A DNA stretch of 63,927 nucleotides, counting the filler, from Ionaspis alba (taxonomy: Eukaryota): NCBI GenBank assembly GCA_964255285.1. It is 3 parts of 3 records of this genome, joined end to end, with 100 filler letters (N's around TTAATTAATTAA, not from the genome) between each part and the next. Parts side by side here need not be neighbours in the genome. Positions count along the whole stretch, not along the records: positions 45,571 to 63,927 come from CAXUUL010000291.1; 2 more parts are not named here. One strand, 5' to 3'. Position numbers and translations under genes: made by a program. Shown piece after piece: positions 51,676 to 61,855 of this stretch; the first letter of the stretch is position 1; each line of letters begins with the position of its first letter. Below the pieces are notes generated by a model that worked only from the letters and a program-made list of their open reading frames with translations, made no database searches and was not told the origin of the DNA.

Positions 51676-52267
51676 CTTTGTAGAGGCACCTGTCACTGGT
51701 CCATCAGCTAATCGCTTCCTGTTCAAGAGCACTTGTGGATCTTCGGTAACGGAAAGAGGCAAGTACGGCAAGCTCCAAAGTATCAGAGTACTTGGGATTA
51801 GCTACACACCTGTTCCGGGGTTGCTGAAGTTGAGCGGAAATCGCAATTGAATTGGTATTGCAGGCTTCAGACTGTGTGAGGAACTTGCCGAAGCGCGCTA
51901 GTGGGCATATTTCTCAAATAGATCTACAATTTACTACGTTTTGATATCGAGAATTGGATGGAAATCATTTTGACTCTGATTTATTGTGGCAGTAGGAAAT
52001 CCCTTTACAGCTGTAGTTTGGTTGTGGAGAGTGGAATGGGTCAAAAGCAAGGCTGGCATGTCTACTGAAAGTGGATCACACTTGAGTTGGATGACAGCTT
52101 CGAGCACGTTTTGCTCGCGTTCCTTGAACTGAACATATTGTGCACTGCAGTTGAATGTTTGGCTGAGCTCATGTAGCTTTGATACCACCTATTCGCCCTT
52201 CAATTGAGCACACATAGAAGCCTGTAGCATCCTACTGACAAGCGCTCCAAATGCACAACCAATCCGA

Positions 52268-52889
52268 TCACGATGATTTTGCGGCAGATCTAACCTTTGC
52301 GTGAGCCTTCCGTATTTCGAACCGTGCCTATAGCCAACTCGTTAGTCCGAAATGCAGTAGATCAATAGAGTTTTAACGTATGAATGCGGCCGATATGCCC
52401 CTGCTGTCGTCCTTATCTTGTAGATGGTACTGACCTGCTTCCTCAATCTCATAACCTTGAAGCGGTCAAAGTCTGTCAACGCGCGTCGCTTCTCCCTTTG
52501 TTCCCTCTTCTTTGCCCATGCACTCTCACTCCACTTCGACTCGACCTCGGCCGTTTCCCATGCCTTTGCTACAGCAGTTCTGCCAGCCGCGCGAGGTAGT
52601 TGAGGGATGACGATAGGTGTGAGTATGACGTTTGCGAGAGAGACGGGGTGTCGGGGTACTGCGGCGATCTTTTTATTTGATGAGGGTCCATCAATCAAGA
52701 TCTATTCGGACTGTCAGCTGAACTCTTCTCCGGGTTTCCTCCGTATGTCCTCTAATTACTGACGCGCTTATGATCAATGATTTCGACAACGACTGCGAGG
52801 CGACCGGTATAGGGTCCTTCGTTGAAGAGTACAACTCGCCCGACTTCTACCAGCCGCCACTGTGATGCTTTGACTTCGATCTCTGCCAT
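52268..52889 (-). CDS. RPL14: 60S ribosomal protein L14 (eL14)
   Basis: [62 protein letters not shown]. Confidence 0.95.
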
Positions 52890-53209
52890 CGCGACTCCCT
52901 GCACGTGCTTATTAGGATCTCGAGTCTTGTGATTTTGCGTCCGAGTTGCTTACGATTGTGGTGATGCGTCGTAAACGCGGAATGAGCTCTTACGTTTCGA
53001 GGTTTGGATCTTCTGCACTAGAGATTTTGCAGTGTGTGCGCCAAGACTGTAGGGTTTTTAGGAAAGCTCCGAGGTTTTTTTAGCGCGACATTGATCTTTA
53101 ACTTCGGTAGGCTCATGGAGACAAGTCTATCAAATTGCACGGAGACTTCGAATAGCCGAATCACGATGTAGTGTGTAAGTACACATCCTCAATGTGAGCG
53201 TTATATTGA

Positions 53210-53316
53210 CTCAATGATGATTTAATTTGCGATTGACCTCACGCGCTGTGAGACTCTCGCCGGAGCCTCGATACGGAGCTGGGGAGGTGATATTCAATTC
53301 TTACATATCCTGACAC
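53210..53316 (+). ncRNA. Box C/D snoRNA, snR87/SNORD16(U16)-like, intronic
   Basis: Box C ATGATGA 53214-53220; guide TAATTTGCG 53223-53231 complementary to 18S CGCAAATTA; D' TTGA 53233-53236; box D CTGA 53310-53313; inside intron GTAAGT(53175)...GCTGAT...TAG(53388). Confidence 0.78.
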
Positions 53317-53608
53317 TACTCGTCATTAGCTACCCAGATATCTGACGCTGTCTGTTTGACCAAGAGCTGATACGTGTATGCTGTATAGATATACGTTGTC
53401 TGCACATTACCCTCACCCCCTGAGCTCCACCACGGCTACTTCATCCAAAGAATTGAATCCAATATTGTGTTATCGACTCCAAAATACATTGCGGTACGAC
53501 CTTGGCTTGTGGAAGGTAGTAGAAAGACGACTAGCTCTCATCGCGCCGTTGCTGTCAGCTGATGAAAGAGGTTCGTGACGCTCGATAGCTGACTACACCA
53601 TTCTCCTT

Positions 53609-53699
53609 GCCCAATGATTACAACAAGCAAGCACTAGATAGTAAAGGTGATCCTTTTGGGAAATGATCATCACTTGTATACACCAAGATCACTGAGGGT
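53609..53699 (+). ncRNA. Box C/D snoRNA with U24/snR24-type D guide and possible snR65-type D' guide
   Basis: C-like ATGATTA 53614-53620; CACCAAGATC-A-CTGA 53681-53695 complementary to 25S GATCTTGGTG; CTAGATAGTA 53634-53643 complementary to 25S TACTATCTAG; terminal CCC/GGG stem. Confidence 0.75.
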
Positions 53700-54102
53700 C
53701 TCCTTCCATCCTGTTCTCACATCACGACGAGCGTTGTCCAATGCACTGACTTGGCGAAGGCTCCCAGGTCCATGTTTATCGTCCCTCCTACGATATGCCC
53801 GCCGCCAGAGGGGCTTTTTGCAAATTGTTCCTCGATAAGACTCCAGAGGTCATGATACTACTTTATCCTTTCCTGAACAGAATTATCCCCCGGAAATACG
53901 TCAATAGAAGTTCTTACGTATTGAGTCCACAGGATGGGCCGCAACTTTGAATTACATTTCACCCTTTCCGAATGTGTTTCATGGACTTCTGAAAGTCCAA
54001 CTCCCTTTCACTGTCACTCAATTGATGTCAAGAGTGTCATAGACCTGCAGGTACACGACACTTATTGCAGCACAATATCTTGGTTCGCAGCCCCAACGCA
54101 TA

Positions 54103-55633
54103 CTAGAGCCTACTGCTAGTACTTGGAGTTTCCAGATCTCTCAGTTCTCGTTTTGGCACGACTTTTTCATGTGCACCTCTCTTACCCCCTGTATCCCATC
54201 CGGCACGTTTCCAGGACCAGTTGCGATCCTTCTCTTTCCCATTGCTTGTGCCTTGAAGTACATTCACCACATATCTCCCAATTATCGGTAAGAACTTCCA
54301 ACTGTGGAAGCTACCTCCCACTGCCAGATACAAATTATGCAGTCTTTCATCTGGATGTCTTGTGATTAGTTGATGCTGCGAAGGGGTAATCGAATCCCAA
54401 CATAGACGCCAGAAAGTAGCATTTCTTTTGGCTTTCAAAATCGAAGGCATGACGCGATTGGTGATGATTTTGGTCGTTTCAACTTTCAAAGCGTCCGGCA
54501 TATCATCCTGTGATCGCGTTGGTGGGATCGATATGCTATGACCGGAGGAAGTGGTCACGGTGTTGGTAAAGGTATGGGCGTTTGTGAATTTCAATAGGCC
54601 AGAAGGCGGTGGGGGTAGCATCTCTCCTGATGAGTCGTCAATACTGTCGAACATGGCTCGCTACCAGACTTTTGTCTTCATCGACAAAATATGCGCTGAA
54701 TCCAACGCATCATCGATACTGCGTGATCGGCTTTCGAAACATGCACGATGTATTGAAAGAAAAGGTTCAAGAAATCAATGCAAGCGGAAGGGCTAACGCA
54801 CCATTTTCTCCGAACACGACGACAGGCATGTTATCAAACTTCTTTTTTTCCTCTGCATCAAGCTGATAATGCGCTACACAAACACCTGCTGCCTTTACCT
54901 GCTTTTCAGTCCTCTCATCCTCCTCAATCCCCAGCTCATCCTCCACACCACTCATAACCATACTCGTCCAAGCTCCTGTGGCAACCACAATCCTATCCGC
55001 CTCGACTACCCTTCCATTCCCCAACCTCACACCCTTCGCACCTTTGCCGCCCTCCTTCAAAACAACCCCCTTCACCTCCCCCTGCAGATACGTTACGCCT
55101 CTCCCAAGTGCCTCCTCCAGCATTGCCCCCACGGCTTTATCCGCCTCTACCCAGCCCGCGTCTCCATTCCAATACGCACTCCGGCACCCCTCCAAATCTA
55201 TGTCCTTCAACAATCCACCATTGATCTCTCTCACCTCTTCAAAACTCATGTCCCTTGTCGGATCACGGTCTCCAGCCTCCCTATAATTCCGTCGGATTCT
55301 CTCTGCAAGATCCGATCCCGTCTCTGTGATTGCTACCCACCCTGAGCGATGGTAGAAGCGCTTTAGCAAGGGCCAAGTTGCCCAAACTTCCATTGCTTCT
55401 TTGGCGAGCGCCATGTAGAAAGGGAGGGTGTAGTCGGAGCGGACGATCTTGTTGATGTCGTAGGAGGCGCCATCAGGGTGCGTGCTGCGGGAGGCTGCAG
55501 GAGGAGGTGGGTATGGCGTTCGATCGATAATGGTTATGCTAGAGGGAGGTTCGGAACGGGAGAGGTGGTGGGCGGTCGAGGTGCCGAAAATGCCGGCACC
55601 GAGTATCAAAGTTGTGGGCGCAGAATTGGTCAT
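54103..55633 (-). CDS. FAD-dependent sarcosine/pipecolate/fructosyl-amine oxidase family protein (intron 54627-54801)
   Basis: ILGAGIFGTSTA dinucleotide-binding motif; ASYDINKIVRSDY; VVATGAWT; WRLCWD (covalent-FAD Cys position); GGSFHSWKFLPIIG. Confidence 0.88.
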
Positions 55634-56792
55634 CACGGTGTGTTTTGACGATGGGATAGGAAAGTTTGTCAAAGTTACGGTGTTTGGAATTGGGAAGACT
55701 CAAAAAGGCGGGTAGGGTTTCTGTTCGCTGAGTCACGGATGTGGGGTAATTGGAGGGGACCTCTCTGTCGGAGACGGGTCGAAAGGACTTGCAATCGGAT
55801 TCATTATCGGTTCATTGATAAGCTGGTGCGACTTAGGAACACCTGAGAAATGCCATTTCTAGCAGGTTTGTGTAGTGCAACAACCTCCATCTCGTTCTAG
55901 CAATGTTTCGAAGGAGACTCGACAACAGGTTTTGGTACTACGTTGCTATCTGAACAACTGCTTCTGGTGGAATTTGGGACATCCATACTGTTACTGGAGC
56001 TGTAGGAGTTGGTTGAAAGTTACACAGTTGTCAAACAAAAAGTGGAACACCAAGACAAGAAGTCCGCCCAGCGTGCCTTGCCGGGTGGACAATTCTGACT
56101 AACAATTAGGCGACCCGGCCCCCTGATTCTGCGTCTTTAGGGGCTAAGCGTCGCTAAAAATCTTATTCGATTTTCCGCATTTTTCTGACAACCGCGTGGA
56201 AGGATCCCTCGCTGTTGACAGCATCAAAGAGCCTTCTCGAATGGGCTGTCAGGACAAGGGTGTTATGCCAAATTGTCACAATGTCTTATCCTGGTATGTC
56301 AGTCACAGCTGGGCACACTACCAGCGCATTTGGCTGTGCCGCAATGCAGGGCCAACAATCATTCGCATAGTGAAGCCGTTCCTATCACAAACGACACTCT
56401 GCGTATTGCTCGATCCTATCGAGGTCATTGCGCTGCACACTTGATAAGGGTTTTTCTGTATCGAGTAGATACTGCAAAAGTTATGCATCATGACTGTCGG
56501 GCTTATGCACGATACGTCTCCTTTGGACGCTCGGGAGCCCAAAAGGGACAACCGACATTGGGGCTGAAACGCAACACTACGGAGCTTCATCCCATGCATG
56601 CTCCTCCTCAATCTAGTGATGTATCCAGAACCAAGCTAGGTACCACCAGAGGGGCTCTACCCTACTCCTGAACATAGCGTCAGGAACGAGAATGGCCCTT
56701 ATGGCTCGTTCCCAACTGTTCTCTGTTTTCTTTTCCGTCGTTGTACATATCTCTACGTACAGACTTGCTTCTGAAATCTGCTCTGTACTACA

Positions 56793-58029
56793 ATGAAGCT
56801 CCCCTCTCATGTTGAGCATATTGGCTCTTTCATCAGACCTGCAGAACTTCTCCAGGCCCGTGAGAAATACCAGAAGAAAGAGATCACGACCCACGAAGCG
56901 TTGGAAGCCGAGCATAATGCCATCTCTGCCCTTGTGAAGAAGCTCGTCCAGAACAATGTTCGACCAATCACTACCGGCGAGTACGACCGCTTCTTCTTCT
57001 ACGATGGCTTCGTCGAGAAGCTGGACGGTTTCGAGATCATCCCTGGGATCTCTCAAGACAACCTGCGTATGGCTTGTCCAGACTATGCTCTGCTAGCGAA
57101 GTTCGACCAGATGCACCTCATCAATGGCGTCGTCTGTAAGGGTAAAATCCATAACTCGAAGAGTCCTGTGCTGGATCAATGGCTCCATCTACGCAGCTTG
57201 CTGTCAGAGGCCAAATGGAAGAATTGCAAGATGACAATGCTCTCGCCGATATGGTGGCATTTGCATACCCGGACTGGCAAAGCCTATCCCTCCAATGTAT
57301 ACAAGAACGACGAGGAGTACTTTCAGGATCTTGCCCAAGCCTATAGAAAGGAATTCCAGTCCCTCTATGAGGATGGTCTTCGTTCCGTGCAGATTGATGA
57401 TCCGGACCTTGCCTTCTTTTGCCATGAACCAATGCTGGAAGGAATCAAAGCTGACGGAGAGGATGCGGATGCGATGCTGGACAAATATATCAGGGCGCAT
57501 AACATGTGCCTTCGCGAGAAGCCAGAGGGTCTCCATGTTGGAATTCATCTATGTCGGGGTGTGTATCTGACTCTCTAATACATTCGAGTGCGGGCTGACG
57601 AGGGCTGGGTATTTAGGCAATATGGGTACGATGCACTTTGCTGCAGGTGGGTATGAACGTATTGCCAAGAAGTTGTTCAACGAGCTTGACTACGACACGT
57701 TCTTCCTTGAATATGACAACGAACGATCCGGCGGCTTTGAACCTCTGCGTTACCTACCAAAGACCAAGAACGTGGTGCTAGGAATCGTCACAACCAAGTC
57801 TGCCACGATGGAGAGTATTGCGGATCTCAAGGAACGTGTCATGCAGGCTGCCGATGTTATTGCTGCTGGTCAGAATACCACGAGGGAAGACGCCCTTCAG
57901 AGAATTGCCGTGAGCCCGCAATGTGGCTTTGCAAGTGCATGCTTTACTGCTGGGGATGGCATGACGGAGGACCTGGAAATGGCGAAGATGAAACTGTTGA
58001 ATGATCTGGCTAAGGAGATCTGGGGTTGA
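56793..58029 (+). CDS. Cobalamin-independent methionine synthase catalytic-domain-only protein (MetE C-terminal / YxjH-like), 392 aa, intron 57559-57616
   Basis: EHIGSFIRP; TTGEYDR; VQIDDP; Zn-ligand motifs HLCRG|N, FLEYD and SPQCGFAS; spliced length 1179 nt, in frame. Confidence 0.88.
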
Positions 58030-59767
58030 ACACAAGAAGAATTCTACAACTAGAGTTTTTACTTTCGCTTCTTTTATCCGAAGCCGATTGGGACGTGGTA
58101 CATAGATGTCGTGATACTTTTCGCTTTGCTGTCGAGTCCTCTTTTCCCACTTGCGGATGTATCTTCCAACTATTCTTTGGTCATAGAATGCCGAACTCAA
58201 GCGACTTCGCCGACTGGATCGCCGAAGAATTATGTCATTCTGTTCGTTCTACCGAATGAAGGAACTGAAGACATGTTGTGTAACTGTAGAGATCCGATCG
58301 CATATGCACGGAGCTCGCTTACGTACTTGGAGCAGAATGATTGGGTTTCAATCTCTTCCACTTGCACAAATTCACCCTTCATCAACCAATCACGAGCTGA
58401 AGCGCAAACTGATTATGCGGCCCAAAGTTTGAGATCCGGCATCATCTAGATGTAGAATTACCCACGGTGTTCCAAGATTCTGCAATACGTCGTGCAGAGA
58501 TCTGTATGCATCCATCTGCCGACGCATGCAGCGGAAAGATAAATCGGAAAAGCTCCTCTGTGGAGCGGCTCTCGCATACCTGGAAACCAATACATGCCAC
58601 TTGCACGGGTGCACAACAGAGCCTCCAAGAAAAACGCTTACACTATAGTGCCAAACTTTGAGAACGTCGGACCGATCTTGGAGCTCGTGTTCACGAATCC
58701 CGCCTCCCCAATCCTTCGAGCACTTCTCCGCGTTCCACCTGCTATCTCAGCGACCTCTTTTCTCATCTCCGGTCAAAAGCATGAACTCGAACCCTGAGTA
58801 GGAAAACGGCCATTCGACTGCCCGATAGGCTATCAAGCTGACTGAAAGGACAGCCATTGTCCAGCCTCCCGCTGTCAAATTTGCACTAGAGCAAGCCCCG
58901 TAGACGTTAGTCCTCCTCCTGGCAGCCATGATGCTGTTATCGCAATTATCACCCTTCACTTTCTCTTAGTCAATGGATTTTCAGCTCCAACAGGGTACTC
59001 CAGACCTGTCAAGGCCAGCTGCAAGTTGCTCAATTTGATACACGGCCATACGGTCCGGACACCCGCCACTCGTACCGGCTCTGCCCTAATGTATGGAAGT
59101 CACCACTAGCTCCCGCCTAGGAGCCGCGGAGTAGTTTCTACTAGCGAACAGGAGGCAGCGAAATGTGGATGGCAATTAACGTCGTGCATCGATCATCCTG
59201 TGTAAATGGGACAAGATTTTCTCCTATCATGGCTGCCACACAAGGTTGGGGGGAAGAATTCTGTCGTTGTCCACATCCGGAGGCCTCGACCTCTTGCATA
59301 TGCAGGACATCTGTGTCAGGACAGAATTTCCAAGGTTGTTTGTGTGTTGGGCCAATGGGTCTGTGGAGACGCATAGAAGGTATCCGCTTTGAGAAAGTGT
59401 CACGAAGTCTGTGATTGTGATTGTGATACTTGGTCGTGAGACAGGTCTAGTTATGCTTCTTCCTTCCGACATCCTTGGTGCAATATGCCAGGTACGCCTG
59501 CGCATACCTTGCTGCGTATGCTCTTTTGCAGCATCACCAGCATCCCCAGGAGTCGAGTGTGAAAAGTCGTGAATGCTTCTATCAAGTCTATGCAGAAGGT
59601 GATTCTTCTGCTTATAACCCCTTTCATCCTTTATCTTTATTCACTTCAGTTTTGTGGATACGACTTTGATAGTCCTGCACTCTGGTTGATTCAGCTGAAT
59701 TTTTTTATATCTCTTCTCGTGCAAAATCTCATCAGCATTCATAGCATATCAACTTGTCGTATTCACA

Positions 59768-61150
59768 ATGGATCCTTCATCACCACCACCATATCCCAAT
59801 GAGGATCGAGGTCCAGCTCTCATCGCAATCTTGTGGACACTCACCGCTGTTACGGGCGTAATCGTGACCGTCAGACACTACTGCCGCGTCATGATACGTA
59901 CTGTTGGATGGGACGACTACTTTATGTATATAACCTTTGTGCGTGCAATTCCTCCAGCTGAGAGGTTTCACACTGCCATGATAGCCACTGACCAGCAATA
60001 GCTACTCTTTCTAGGCTGGACCATAGTAGCTACTATCTTTGCTGCCAACGGCGGAGAAACCCACCTCTACTACTTGGCACAACGAGGTCCTGGGGCGATC
60101 TCGTACGTCGTCAAGCTGATCTGGGTCACGCAAGTATTTGGCATCATGGGAATCGGCACGGGGAAAATTTCCGTTGCTATATTGATATTGAGGATCATGG
60201 GACCCAACAAGGATTGGCGGAAATGGTTTCTCTACTACGCTATTGGCTCTTTGACCGTTGTCTGCACTCTTTGCTCCATCTTGATCTTCACACAATGCAG
60301 ACCCGCTCGTCGTCTGTGGGATCAGAGTGTTCCTGGGACGTGCTGGGCTCCTGATGTTCTTACCAGTTATGGCATTTTCACAGGGTGTAAGTCTACTTGC
60401 ACTCAGAACGGTTTTCTGTGGCTCGCTAACGTGCTTGAACAGCATACAACGCATTCCTCGATGTTGTCCTTGCAGTCTTTCCAATCACCATATTTTGGGG
60501 TCTTCAAATGGCCATGTACAAAAGAATCGGCCTGTGTGTTCTTTTCTCAATGGGTGTTTTGTGAGTACTTATGCCCTAGACCAGACAACGCCATCGCTAC
60601 ATGTGCTGATATCGCATAGTGCTGGAATATGTGCAGCATACAAGACTTCTAAGCTACCATCTTTGTCGGATCGATCTGATTTTACATGTGAGCCCAGATC
60701 TGTATCTTATGTAGGAGGTAGTCCCAATGCTGATATCTTTCAAAAGGGGCCACCTACGATATTTTCGCATGGGTGACCGCCGAGCTTTTCCTGATCATCC
60801 TCTGTGGCTCTATTCCCGCCATGAAACCTCTCTACGAACGAATTCTCGGCAGGCGCTCACGCAGCTCAGGTGCCAGTTCCGGGTACAACTCTGGCTCCAA
60901 CTCTAAATACAATCGCCGCTCCTACTACCAAAAACAGACTGACAGCGAAAACAACTCCACTGGGATGAGGGGCATGGGCAAGAATAATGAGCATGGCACC
61001 TACAATGGCAATTCCACAAAGGTCGCAAGCGATGTCTGGTCCCGAGGAGCAAGTTTTAGCGAAGCGCGGCCTGGAGATCAGAGTATCAAGGTGGAGAATA
61101 CCGTACATGTAGGCTATGGCAACAAACAGAGTGTGGAGCGTTTAGTTTAG
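59768..61150 (+). CDS. PTH11-like integral membrane receptor (fungal rhodopsin domain, no CFEM), four introns
   Basis: EDRGPALIAI; VGWDDY; GKISVAILILRI; QCRPARRLWD...GTCW; ELFLIILCGSIPAMKPL. Confidence 0.85.
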
Positions 61151-61855
61151 TGGTGGACTAAAAGTTGGAAGGGATGGTGCACTTGACATGCATCCCTTAG
61201 ATTTCAGACGTATTGGATGCACCGCATGAATTCATGGATGATGTGACGGTGTGCATGAAAGGCTAGTACACGAGTAGCGTGTATGATAGTGTTGAAATGA
61301 TTCCGATTGACGTAGATTATGTTCCCAGTGCAATGGATGGGAGGTGTTGCTCAAGCCTGGTTCCCAGTTGACGTCTAGTTATGTTAATTTCCCGCAAGGT
61401 GACGGTCATGGGGTGGAGTGTTTATCATGCGGGACCACATTATTGTAAACAAATGTTTTTCAGGCCTGAATAATGTCCTTACGTTGTGTTCAAGAAAGCC
61501 CTGTACTCGAAGCTGAACAACCAAGCTTTAGGCGGCGCTCCCGACAAACGGTCCCGTGGGGCAGCCCATGACGTCTGTCAGCTTGTTCGTCATAGCGGCT
61601 CTTCACGGCAGCTAACTGTTGCTTGCACTTTGCCAGAAAACCCCGTAACATCCGCCATTGGTTCAATAAGCTGAAGCCGCCCATGAAGAAACCATGACGA
61701 GCGGTAAGTTGCCGAAATCCTGTATGTTTGTGTGGGCCTTTTGCCTGAACGTAGTAGCTTCAATTGCTCTTTTGCACTTTCAACAGTTGTTGACCTGAAC
61801 ATCTCCCCAACTTTACTATCTCAGTCGATATTGTTACAATCGTTCAGTCTACATC

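Noticed and set aside
55640..56790. TPP-riboswitch-like element in the oxidase/MetE-like intergenic region
   Set aside because: No recognisable aptamer consensus; only scattered GATAAG sites, too short to call
58030..59760. Short ORFs upstream of the PTH11-like gene
   Set aside because: No coding signature; likely an extended promoter
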